A stretch of DNA of 63,610 nucleotides, counting the filler, from Basidiobolus ranarum (Eukaryota): NCBI GenBank assembly GCA_040143965.1. It is 7 parts of 7 records of this genome, joined end to end, with 100 filler letters (N's around TTAATTAATTAA, not from the genome) between each part and the next. Parts side by side here need not be neighbours in the genome. Positions count along the whole stretch, not along the records: positions 36,440 to 45,435 come from JASJQH010007764.1; positions 45,536 to 54,524 come from JASJQH010007765.1; 5 more parts are not named here. One strand, 5' to 3'. The stretch's first letter is position 1; each line of letters starts with the position of its first letter. The notes beneath the pieces are model-generated. The model saw only the letters and a list, made by a program, of their open reading frames with translations. It did not search any database and had not been told where the DNA came from. Of the stretch, positions 39,751 through 52,299 are shown piece by piece. The position numbers were made by a program, and so were the translations under genes.

Positions 39751-40370
39751 CCCCTAACAGAAATTTGAGGATTATTATTACAGGAAAACCTCCACAATTT
39801 TACTCCACCTTGAGTTGACCATTGACTTACCATCATTGAATTGTCTAGTTAGATTTCATTTTAATCAATTTTTTCAGTTTTAGGAGTTGAATTTCAAGTT
39901 CTTGCAAAAAACCTGCTCATGATTGGCTACAAACTCAGAGAACTATGGAGCAACACATGTGCAAAAAATGTAACTGAAATGTAACACATTTACCACTTGA
40001 ATGCTGTGTTGTCACCTTTGAAAGCCCCCGTTTCTTTGATATATTCTCCTGGATATTTTTACAGAGTTCTTCATACCCAAGGTTTAGCTCCTATCCAACA
40101 AAAGTTTGTATCAATAGCTCCATCAAAGCCCACCATTGTATTTACATTGCTGAATCAACAATCTTCAAGCTATCTGGTGGATACCCTACAATATTGTACC
40201 ACTCTGTTTTAAGTTCTTCCCAGATATCTGCAAGGTAAGCATCTGACTAAAAGTATTGATCAATGTTTTTCTTCTGAAGCCACTTCCTGCATATTTGCAT
40301 TGCATTTTTCCCTTCATACTACCAAATATACTCCTCAAGCACTTTTACTATTCCTAAATGTCCTTGTAGT
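38395..40370. repeat. Diverged direct repeat of about 600 bp (about 38395-38995 and 39770-40370) carrying a decayed minus-strand reading frame
   Basis: Shared blocks aattttactcca, tgattggctacaa, cacatgtgcaaaaa, agagttcttcatacc, aagttcttcccagata and ctcaagcactt in both copies. Confidence 0.85.
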
Positions 40371-42239
40371 ATGTCACTACTGAGGATGCTTTGCTGTAAT
40401 TGTCAGGCTTTTTGCTTGCCTTTACATTTGGGGCTAATTTCAACACTTTGAAAAGTACCAGTTGATGTTGGACAGCCATGAGCTATAGTTACTGGTGTTT
40501 TGGCTTGTACAGAGGTGACAGCTGTTGGATAAACTTCCAAATTGAGCACTCTTCCAACTGGTGTACCTGGTTCCATGGTGAAATCAAGCTTTTTTGCCAG
40601 TATATATGACACTGAAAATAAAGAACTTTGGAATGCTATGAAGAATTTGATAAGTGGGACAGTTGAGCCTAAGCTCTCTGGTCCTTTGCTTTTCCCTTGG
40701 GTTTATAACTTTCTGCTCCTTGAATGCTTCTTTAGTGGCATTTCTCTCTTTTCCAAGTCAATATTTGTGTACATTTTGGAGTAATTACATGAATAGGCCT
40801 ATGCTAGCCCAATTGCCATTTGCTTGCAAAAACCCAGGATAAGCCATATGCAATAAGTCAAGAACCATCATAGTAATGCCTGGTTTTGGTTTTTTCATGA
40901 TTGGCTAAAATTGAGGTGACTTTGGGAAAGTTTCTGCACAGTTGCCTAAATGTTAAATTACTTATCATCAGAGCAAGTGAAGGCAGCTCTGATAAATCAG
41001 AGACTTTTGGTTTGCCTCTTCTCCTATGAGTTTCTACATGCATGTTCCCCAGCTATTTCATGTTGTTGTGTGGGCTTAATTGTCCAACACATATTTTGCC
41101 CTGCTTGATAGGGACAGTGACATTCATATGTATGGTGTGGGATGGATTGAATACCTGTATGATGATGGAAGGAGGGTGCAGCATGTTGCTGTGGCTCAAG
41201 TATAGCACTCTTAAGATCTTGTATCATTGTTCAGTTGCCCTCTAACTATTGACTAGTTGCTTCAGAATGCTGCATTTATTGTAATAATGTGTCATTACTG
41301 CTTGTCTTGGCTTGTATAGCAACTTAATAGTTTTTACTTTCAATTGCATTCAAAGCATTTTAATGTTCTGCTTACAGTTCCCTTGTTGTGATAATTCTAT
41401 CAGTATTTACTATTGATAGTTGTTTCAAAGTTGGCAGAGTTGCCATTTTGAAATTGATGGTTACAATGGTGTTTCTGTTGAACTTTGCTGAACTATTGAT
41501 TAACTGTGTAATTGACGGATTACAATCACTTCACTTGCACTGTTGCTTGAAAGGGACACGTCTAGTTAATTGATTAATCTGCATCATTACTGGAGGTTAT
41601 TTCCAGCATGTTAATGCCTCCCAAAGTGGATAGTGAATTGCTAGACTGCTCACTAATTAAGTTCTCTGTGCTTGCTGGTTTTTTCATTTGCGCCAGCAGG
41701 CTGTTGCTTCTAAACCAATTTTAATTTAGAGTTTGAAATCTTTTTAAATGGCATTGAAATTTTCAGATGGTAAACTTAATGTAATAAAATTGCTTAGAAA
41801 CAGTTTGTAAGAAGCCAAAATTGCCATCCATTACCAGAAATATCTTGTAAATCCTCTCATGACTCTTCTGGCACACCTTTGCAGAATCAGCTGATGATAT
41901 TGATTGGATATATCTAATGTAATACCTTGATGTAAGAGGTGTTCTTTTTCCTAGTATATTCTTCTAATGCCGTAAGCAAACATCTTAAGAAGCCCTGATA
42001 TTATTGTTACAAATTCTTGTCCTATGAAAACTAGAGGCCTCATAGAAAAGATAATCATAGGCGTGGTCACTATACACTGCTACAAGCTGCATAAAGACTA
42101 GTGTATATTGACAGTATAAGTGCACAAAAATGACTTTGGTTTTGCCCACCAAGTCCACTGGCAGTGCTTTGGCTCAAAGTTTTGGTAACACTGCCAAAAG
42201 TCAAGATTCCATGGAGTTACCAAAGTTTTATGACCAGAG

Positions 42240-43200
42240 TGATTTAGATAGAAATGCACTTTGGTCAAACCAGTAAGTCTAGACAACCTTGAGGACTTGC
42301 TGCTAAATATTGCCATTGGTTATCACAATAGTGATGGTAACATATCAGAAGATGAAGAAGACATTGGATTAGTTACAGACTCTTTATTATTGGCAAGCAT
42401 TAGTCCTCTCACAACACTTATGGTAAAGGAAGCTGCTTTGTTTATTGCAGCATGAAGAGTTCAATCCAATTGTTGCAACCAGGTGATTACTGGTTTTCTT
42501 ACACTTTTACCACAGCTGATTTGTAACAGTTGCCAGCCACGGACCTGGTACAAGTGGAAAACACATGCCAATTGTATGACTTCTACTCCTTCAGTATTTA
42601 AACTTCCTTCATGTCCAAATGGTTGTTCAGCTTTCACTGGTGATTGCAAAACCTGAAGTCATGTATTGTTTGCACACAATGGGCAATCACTGAATTAGGT
42701 GAATATTGTCCATATTTGACTGGCATACTGTTGATTTCCCATCTTAAAGTTTTGATAAAAGCACCCAATTATGGATCATTGATCCAATACCAAAGTACTC
42801 ACTGTAAAGCTGGTGGTATATCTTTGCAAACACATATGATCATGCATTTGCATTGACTTTGAATGGTTTCTCACCAAATAAATTTACCATTGGAAAGGCT
42901 TGCTGGCCAATAATTTTTATTAATCTGTATCTTTCTTATTTTGAATAGTATCAGAGACATAAAATCTTGATACTATCCATCATATCTGGACTAAAATCTC
43001 CAGTACTCTTAGATAGTTTCTTGAAGCCTTTGATTGTGGAATTTGAATGGTTATCTATTGCAATTCAGATTGGTGAGTATATTTTAAAGCTACTATCATT
43101 GCATATTTTGGTGACACTACTGCCATCAGTAAACTTCAAGGTATTCATGGGCATAATGCACTATCTTGCTGTAGATTTTGTTGATTCACCTTTGGTAGCA
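42240..43200 (+). mobile_element. CACTA/EnSpm (Tnp2-type) transposase remnant
   Basis: CWPIIFINL...ILSIISGLKSPVLLDSFLKPLIVEFEWL and, after a frameshift, FGDTTAISKLQGIHGHNALSCCRFC. These match the Tnp2 motifs WPIIL, GPKxPxDxDSFLxPL and GDxPAxxK...GH...CRxC. Confidence 0.75.
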
Positions 43201-45435
43201 CAAGGTGCAAGTAGTGCCAGAAGACCAGGACCTTTGGGGATTTGAAACAGGAGAAGAAATAGAGCTAAAGGGACCACAAGAAGCTATAAATTGTCTGCCA
43301 TTTGGATGAATTCTGATAATCCCATGGCTAATCATCAAATTGGATAAAAACTATGGCAGATCAGCTCTCATCCATTGCAGCCTCTCTAAATGAAGATGAC
43401 TTAGGCATGACACCTCTTGGGAGCCTGCCAGGCAAATATGGGAACCTCACAATTATTCTTGAATCCACATCCAAGCCATTAACAATGTAATATATTGGTG
43501 CTAGGCTTTAGAAGATGGAATGAAAAAGATCTAATACTCAGCAAAATAATGCTAATGAGGCATTGTAAGGAGTAGTAAAACATGCATCAGGCTTCAATAT
43601 TGGTGCCCCTGATAGGAAATTAATCTTCTGCAAGTATTGCATCAAACCAGGCCATTCAATCAAAGATTGCAGAAATACAATTTTTTGCAAAAAAGCTAAA
43701 ATTGAAATAAGGATATCAAGTAAGCACTGATATGGATTCTTCACTTGTGTCTGCACTATCAGTAACCACTAAGGAATAATCAGAAACATGGTACATTGAT
43801 TCATGAGCTTCCCAACATATGTCAAGCAGAAAATATTTTTTTTAGCTTGCTACCCCTACATACAAGGAAAGTCTACTTTGGTGTTAACTATGCACTATAT
43901 GCAGTTGGTAAGGGCACAGTTGTGCTCAATTTGGACCAGCATTCAGCTACACCATCTGCAAAATTGAATGACATACTCAATGTGCCAAATACAGCAAATT
44001 GCTTACATTTTGTAAACCAAACAGCAACTCCAGGACTAAATTTTGTGCTCATCCAGGCTGGATGCACTATCACCATTCAGAATAATATCAAATTAGCTAC
44101 TGAGATCAATACTCAAAACTTATACAATATAGAAATCTACAAATTGCTTTCTGAGCATTCAAACTTGCCCAGAACCATGGAAATAAGCTGACAAACTTTG
44201 CAAAGAAGATTAGGCCACATTGGGGAACAAAAACTAAGAGTACTAAGAAGTCAAAATGGTGGAGAATACTGACCAAGAGACTTTGCCAGTTTTTGTAGTA
44301 AACATGAAACTAAGCAACACACTATTGTAACTTATAATCCACAACAAAATGGAGCCCCAGAACTTGCTAATAGGGCCATAGTGGAGATGGCAACAACAAT
44401 GCTGCAAGATCAAAAGTTAGATTACCAAAATTGGGCAGAATCTGTCTCCACTGCAGTGTTTATCAGAAACAGTTGCTCAACAAGATTGCTACAAAATGCT
44501 ACTCCATTTAAAGCCCTGTATGGGTCAAAACCAAGTGTGGATCATTGCAGGATCTTGGTTGCACAGCATATTGCTACATTCCACCAAAAAAATGCTCTAC
44601 ATTAGAACCCAAAAGCAGAAAATGCATATTTCTTGCTTACTGGGATGTATTTAAAGGCTACAGACTGTTCAATGCCAAATATCAGAAGTTAATTAAGTGC
44701 AGAGAAGTGATTTTCAATGAAAAAGTAAATGTTTCTCCTTGAATCACAGTTCCTGATCCAGAAAACACAGTCAGCTCTCTTCAGGAAGTGTCTGACAGTA
44801 TTCCAGCTGTATCCAAGCCCTATTCAACAGAATTTCAAGCCCCAATTATAGCAGAGATTGATTCAGGACCTGAAAGATCATCCAGATGGAGGATTAAGCA
44901 AGGGAAGTGGTCAAACACTTCCAATTATGATATCTGTGGCTATGCAGTATTCTGTGACAAGCCACAGTCTCTAGATCAAGCTCCAGAGTGTTCAGAACAA
45001 AAATTGTGGGAAAAAGCAATGTCTGACAAGTTTTCTTCAGTCCAGGACAACAAACCTTGGGTTTTATGTCTGCTACAATCAGGAACAAAGTCAATAGGTT
45101 GTAAATTGGCCTGCAAAGACAAAAACCAAGCTGATGGAACCACCCAAAGGTACAACGCAAGATTAGTTGCAGAAGGTGATTCACAGACTCCAGAAGTTGA
45201 TGTGCAACCAGATCAATTTGTGTACCCAAAACACCTTAATATGGTCTGTAAACTGCAAAAGATTACTATATGGACTCAAGCCAGCACACAGGGCATTGTA
45301 CAACAAGATAAATATCTATTTGGAATTACTGGAATTCTCAAAATGCACAGTAGATCACAAGACTTGTTCCATTTTATTGAGCCAGATAAGGCCAGCTAAA
45401 AAGTGTGCCAGCACAAATTGGCATGATTGGGCACT
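43200..45435 (+). mobile_element. Ty1/Copia gag-pol remnant with stops and frameshifts
   Basis: In Copia order: gag (LADQLSSI...LGSLP), CCHC knuckle CKYCIKPGHSIKDC, protease WYIDS*ASQHM, integrase NGGEY / PQQNG / WAESVSTAVFIRN, KCIFLAY, then RT YNARLVAEGDSQ and LYGLK. Confidence 0.93.
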
Positions 45436-46814
45436 NNNNNNNNNNNNNNNNNNNNNNNNNNNNNNNNNNNNNNNNNNNNTTAATTAATTAANNNNNNNNN
45501 NNNNNNNNNNNNNNNNNNNNNNNNNNNNNNNNNNNCATTGGATTCTTAGTGTCTACCTTTTGGGTTCCAGAAACTAGGGACAAAATCATTGGGAGAGCTC
45601 TTCAAAGAAGGTTAGTTTTTTTGGCATTTCAACGGCTCCTATTCGGCCCACAATGAATCTATTCAACACATAACATACATAATTCTGGAGCTATCGTCAA
45701 ATTCGTAATCATTGCCCAATAGAAGGAATATTGGAAGAGCTCTATAATAAATTGTTTCAAAGCTTATTTTGTTGTCGGGTTGTGTTTTACCTATTTTTGT
45801 TGAGAGTCGCTCTCTACACATGCTACGACGGCAGTGATTTACTATTTAGACCGTGCTATCAATGAATTTAGGACAATGTGCTGCAGTCTTTTTTGGAGCC
45901 ATGAGAACTATTCAACATCGGGAGATATTTATATGTCAACTAGATTACACTGTTACGGAGCTACTATCATGTTGTGACAAAACGGGTATTCTGTAGCCGG
46001 ACGATCATGGCAAAGGCTACTCTAGCCAGAGCGGACGTGAGGTAGAAAGGTTCAGTGAGAATAGCAACTAATACGTTCCAAGTATGGGTCTACTCAGGAA
46101 TGGGTGCCTTGTTGACTTAGTGTGTAATCATCTCCACTTTTGCTACGACAATACAACCAGATTCTATAGATCAACTGACGAACCAGATACGCGGGCGAGT
46201 TTCGAGATTTATTAAAATTACTCCTAAACCAAATTTCTAAAATCGGAGTCCTAGTTACGGGGTTGGCTGTGTGTGTGTGTGTTTCGCAAAAATGATGAAG
46301 TGACTGGGCACGAACATCACAATTCGATACAAGAAATATCAACAATTAAAAAATATCCTAATCAGCATTTATTGGCTCCTATTTGTATTAGCTTGGTATC
46401 AAATCTCGACGATCTCTCCAATCGTTCCCAGTTATACTCCGACACAACTGAAACTCAAGTAAAGCTTATTTAAGGATTGTCGGGAACTTCTGTTACCGAG
46501 TAATCAATTGATATATATATATATACATACGTATATATTTATATATATTACCAATCTATTTTCTAGATTGTCCTTGGGTATTGGCCCAATGAGCTCTTAA
46601 GTGAAGGTTGGATTTTAAATTCCATTCTAATTTTCAAAACATATTTCCTTAGAGTATTTGGATAGTCTAGGTCGAGGCGTTGGAATTAGGCAAAGATCAA
46701 CAAATATGCTATCAAGAAGCAATGATAGTTCAATTAATGTGCATATTTATAGTTTTATAAACTGGGTTTAGTAGGTCTTACGGTTAATAGACTTAAGATG
46801 TGCTCGTATAAATA

Positions 46815-48257
46815 TCATTTTTTACCAAGTAATACACGAGAAAGTTTCCAACTCACTGGAGGTAGTGTTAGAATGATTTTCAGTGCAACTGTGAAGGCTG
46901 GCAATATTGCGCTGATGAAACCAATAGATGGAGGTTTTCCATCAAGCATGTATTTCCAGTAAGGGGCAGTTATCAACAAGTCATGAGTGAAGCCTATGCA
47001 AAGGGCTAGCCAGCCAAGGCGAGATTGAATAAACCGCCATTCACGCCAGCTCAAGCTGGTGGAAATGCCAGGTAACGAGGATATGGATAATGTACCATAC
47101 AGAAGAATGGATATGTTGGCGAAGAATAAACTGATTTGATCTTGGAAACCAAAGTGGTCTGCAAAGGAATGGAAAGAAACGATTGCACCCATGCAACCAT
47201 GAATCAGAATCCCAGCAAAACCAAGTAAACCGAGATTTTTGCGATGGTTAAGCCAGTGGGCCAACCATTTTGGAAAAGGCTTAGAGGCTGTGCCCCTCAT
47301 CAGTTGGACAACATTCGCCACACATCCAGCTAGATTGGTTGCGGCAAACATATTGATCGCTGTACAGGCTACAATACGGTTCATCATCTAACCATATGAA
47401 TGCATTAGGAGTGTTTGGTTATCTAGAAAGCAGGAGTATATACTTACAATGAGAGGGAAATTTCCTGGCAGTGACTTTTTGACTGCATATTCCGTGATGG
47501 CCACATATATCGTGAATAAAAGGTACACAGTAAAGGCGAAGTAGAAAGGCACTCTCCATTCTTCGAAAAACGCTAACGGGAGAGCTTCCACCTCTTGAGC
47601 TTGTGATAAGCCTCCAGCATTTACTGGTGAATAGCTGTTAAGAGTTATTTATCAGCGATGCATTACTACCAAGATATATCAATGCTATATTTACCCAATC
47701 CTTTTGACGAGGTAGGACATCAACTCGTATGCTTCCGAGGAATCAGTACAAATGTGAACCTGTCGGTTTGATCCGCGTATATCATTTTGTAGAGTGTAAG
47801 CTGAGATGGTATTAAGGCCTTTTACAACTTTACTCTTTGGTAGATAATCTTGCAATCTCTCAGCTATACAAAGACCTCCTTGCAGTATCTCTTTACGACT
47901 GCTAGGGTTAGAGACATCAATGATTATTTTATCAACGAGGGCAAGCTCATGCTCACTGGCGAATGCTTTGTGATGGATCCAAGGAATTGTTAAGGCCACG
48001 ATTGAACACGATGCAATGACTTCGTGGTAAGTGGCTGCTACGCAAGGAAGCTCAAACTCAACGCTAGATGGGTCTCTAGATCCCAAGATAACTTCAAAGC
48101 CGCTTTCTATTAGGCGCCCTGCAAGAGCCCGACCGTACCAGCCGGTTCCTATAATTCCAATTTTCAGTTCTCCTACCCCGAGATCGCTGGTAGTGATGAG
48201 GGTAGGTTTCTCATCCATATCAATAAATGAAGAAATACGGACACCTGGTTCAGTCAT
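46815..48257 (-). CDS. STEAP-type metalloreductase (FNO-like NADPH domain fused to a heme-binding TM domain), 3 exons
   Basis: Introns 47635-47694 and 47388-47447 splice in frame. IGIIGTGWYG, GSRDP, KIIIDVSN, VVKGLNTISAYTLQ, EVEALPLAFFEEWR, QLMRGT..KPFPKWLAHWLNHRKNLGLLG, SLSWREWRFIQSRLGWLAL and two TM histidines (ILIHG, FTHDL). Confidence 0.9.
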
Positions 48258-51200
48258 TTGGAAACTAGACAACTTCGAAGAGAGGAGGAAGGTTTGGTAT
48301 GTAGAGGGATAAGGAGGAAACCGTGTTCTTATATGAGTTCAGGTTAATGGTCAGGTAATCTAATATTCTGTCAAGCTGACGAATGGATGTTCAAAAATAG
48401 GGTTAATTGTCTATCAATATGATATTCATTGGGCTGATTACTAGAGGTGATGGCTTTCATACTATATTTCAGTAGCTGACAGGTAACCATCCAGACGGTA
48501 ATACTACTTCCAAGTGTAAGGTGTGCTTTAATTGGAGACATGAATAAACGAAATATTCCACACTTTAAAACTTAATATACTATTCGATAGTAATTCTTGT
48601 GTAATGAATAATGATTTTATACTTTCAAAACGTAACCAATTCATTTCCTATAATCGGAAAAAAAGAAATATATCCTCACCAGTAAAAAGAGAAACTACCA
48701 ACGTTATGCAACAACAGGTACACAGCATAATAATCCCATTGCTTTCCTTCGCAAGAGTCTTGTGACTATTTGCTAACCCTAAATCAAAAGCCCTCCTAGA
48801 CCTACGGTATCTGCAAATCTATTCGTCGCATTAGAGTCAGTTCCATTGCTACGAGCGGTGCATAGGTACAACGAATTCTCATAGCCTTCATTCCTGTCCT
48901 AGTCCTAACCTTCATCCTGATCCTCAAATTATATTGTCCGTCATTACAGTTCAATAACACGTTATAGGATGGATAACCAGATATCGCATAATTGAATTGC
49001 TGATTTAGCAGTGATTTTGATCACATCAGCTTGATAATACTGGCATATTTGAATCATCCAGCCAACCTTGGAGAATTATACTAGGAAAGGATACTGCTTG
49101 CCAACCGGGTCATTACCTGAATTGACTCAGTAATGGTCTTGCGGACTTGAGTGAAAAGGGTAAGTGCCATGACTAGATTACCATTGCCTAAAATGGATGA
49201 TTCCGTGGTAGAATCAATCTAACTGTTACTGTTCACAGAAATTGTACACAAAAGATTCCAACTCTGGTTCTGTTGCTGGCTGGAAGTAAAACAACCTTCT
49301 CCTTGGAGATATGGTCGAGTGGTGTATCTTTATGCATCCAGAAATGATCGACGAGTCGTCATTCCTGGTCTTCTTTGCAATATTGACCGCACCCTTCTTG
49401 CTCTTTCGTTCCTGATCAGCTTGTGCATCTTTGCTAGTACTCTCTCCAACATGCTGTGTATAACTTGCTACGCATAAACTATCAATATAGGGAAGGTATC
49501 GAAAGCGCTCGATTTGTCTGCATCCAAGTAATACACCAAAATTCATTAAGACTAAACAAAAATCCAATGGTAGATTGTCGGTTCAAGTTTAGTCATATTA
49601 AAACTGAGTGTTCTAAGCCATCTCAATTTTACCAATTAAGTAAAAGATCGTATGGAGATTAGTGTTATCAGATGCCGTACAAACCCTTCGAAAATTACGT
49701 CTTTTCTTGTGGGTAAAAGTTCAGTATTCGAGTCACAGGCCTCTCCACTTAATTCAGTCTCCTGGATATTATCTGTCAGTTATAGATACAACACCGAATT
49801 ATACTTGTACTTGGTCTATACTGAGTAGAAATGCCGAACGAGTGTTTGATCGTAGTAGACAATACAGTCAAGAATTAAACAGAGTAAAATATTTAAGAGG
49901 GGCGTGCAAGGCTTGGTATGCATGTTCGTTTTTAATCGAACCTTATCGTGGAATATAGTTATATAGGGATCCGCCTCATCCTCGTAGATTAAAGGTAGTG
50001 AGTACTTGTTTTTGAGAATATTTCTAAATGAATTGTAGTAGACAGTTGATTTTGAATAGGCTCTCTGCCCTATACTCTTCAGATATTGTTGTCGAAATAA
50101 CTGCCATATTGTATGGCGTCAAGTAGTTAATTCATGTTAAAGTCGAACCTTTTCAATACCACTATAAGGACAAAAAGAAGTCCGTACTGAAGGAGTAGTG
50201 TCTTCCCTGGTTATATTAATGAATTTAAGAGTCATAAGAAATTCATGTATGTATGCACGACTTCGGCCAACAGAGTTTTTCGAATGCCAAATATATATCC
50301 CAATTATGAATGAAGAATATTTCCAAGGTTCTCAAATACTTGTAGATTTAAATAGCCTCAACAGCACCTAATCTCTAACTCGAGTTACTGTAGGGGTGCT
50401 TAGTAGATCGTAGCTAGATTGATGAGATCGTGAGGAATTCGAATACTAATTTGGTGACATTATGTCACATTCCGATTATTCGGACTTCAAATTTTAAATT
50501 CGGTGCGATTTGTTTCATTCGTGCTTACCTTGGTTTAAAAAGGTAACATTGCTGCAAGGTAGCTCCAGTCAGAAGTGCTATACATTGACTATGCGAGCTG
50601 ATACCTAGAGCCCACAAAGTTTCTCTACTTCGGTATGAACGCCAAGCATGTGATGGCATAGGATTATGTATTACTATTCATGCATATACGTGCGATGTAT
50701 GCCTGCTTAAGACAGTGTCCTAGTTAACCCAACTAAGTGATTCTGAACATTTTATTTTTAAAAATGAAATACTCCCGGCATCCAGAAGTTGTATATAGCA
50801 TACTATATAGTCAATATATATTGTAGCGCATAAGAGATTGACTTTTCTGAATGAGTTCTATTCAGAATGATTCTGTTGGCATCCAGTAAATCACGCACCT
50901 AACGAACGTTCCAACCGTCTATTGTTGAATTAGTAAGCATTACAAAGCAATCGGTAGGTAGGCCTTATCATAGTAATATTATCCGACCCGCCAGCATGGG
51001 CGAACTTTCTGTACACGCAATTTCCAAATCAAATGATGGAATAACTGCTGATTACTATAATTTACATGGGCAATATAGCATGAAGCACCTCCATACTCAC
51101 CCGCTGCTTGGAAATCAAAGATCAAAAGCTGATATTGTTCGTGAGAAATGATATAATCAGCTTGTTTATCCGCATCTTCTGGACACTGATTTGTTTGGTT

Positions 51201-52299
51201 TTTACTGATTCGTGTAAGGAGTAACGATGATCATATCCCAAATGTTGCAACAAATCTAAACCATAGTTAAGCATGCTCCAAATCTCCTTTTATGTTCAGA
51301 AGCTACCACTTTATGTTTCATAAATCATCAGTGATTATTGCTAAACTAAGATATAGCTAGGCTCGGTGTATGTGGTTGAGTTCTTAAACTAAATGAGCCT
51401 AACACGTGAATAGGCTCTCCGACACCAAATACGTTGCTAGTGAACACGCTCCGATGGTTTGAAGCGGAAAGGAAAGGTGCTCATGTGGTTGATAACCATT
51501 ACCTATCGTTCTAGTATTACCAATAAGAATAGATTGTACTATCCAGAATGCATTCTACATCAACGGTTGAGTGAAATTGCTATCGAAATACAGCCCTCTG
51601 CCTTCCTAACGGTGACAGTATATATTGAATTTCTGCGCAGCAGGATTTGGCTTTAGATGACTCAATTCTGCATGTAATATGAATTCATGCTCAAGTTTTA
51701 GTATAGCATTGGCTTATTCAAAAATAAGAATCCTTTCTATCTTATTCAAGAGCTTGTTGAGCTACGTCTGATGTTTATCAGGTATTATTTTCCGTTGAAA
51801 TTGGCCTACAATTTTTGTCACAATGGGTCCACTTTGAAGTATGGTCATCTCAGAAGAACTCAAGATTGCGCAGTTGGTTCTAATACCAAAGGTGTCAATC
51901 TCGGGTATCCATATTTCATGGAAGGGTACGATAATCTATTACATTGAATGCATCTTTGGCACTCTTCCATGTAATATCCATAGCATACTCTATATGTATG
52001 GCATAAGAATGATTAAGACACCGAGTCGAGATAACCGTAAGAAAAAAGATGTGACTTCCGCAAGAATCTTCATTAATGGCTGGTGTTGCTCAGACTCAAA
52101 TCTGTAAAAGTTTAATACCATTTCTGGATTTTTATCCCTATTATTGTATACTAAGTTCATATATCGTATCCTAGTAACATTATTGAATCAAATATCACTT
52201 GTTTAAAAAGCGGAACATATGTTTATGTTATCTATGAATTAACCATGATTAATATATGCAGAAACTTAATCAATACCTCAAGCTGAAATGACAGTGTTG

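Noticed and set aside
39743-39760. Telomere-like TAACCCTAGCCCCTAAC
   Set aside because: Two to three imperfect units at a repeat boundary inside a contig. Too short to call telomeric.
33815-48257. An iron/ferroptosis cluster of TMEM164 plus STEAP
   Set aside because: The genes lie on separate, unlinked contigs, so their proximity in the window is artificial.
49226-49567. 113-aa ORF upstream of STEAP
   Set aside because: No recognisable domain or splice structure. Probably a chance ORF.
51395-51427. Hairpin GAGCCTA...TAGGCTC followed by CCGACACCA, resembling a tRNA or Helitron end
   Set aside because: No cloverleaf or GTTCRA T-loop and no matching 5' end.
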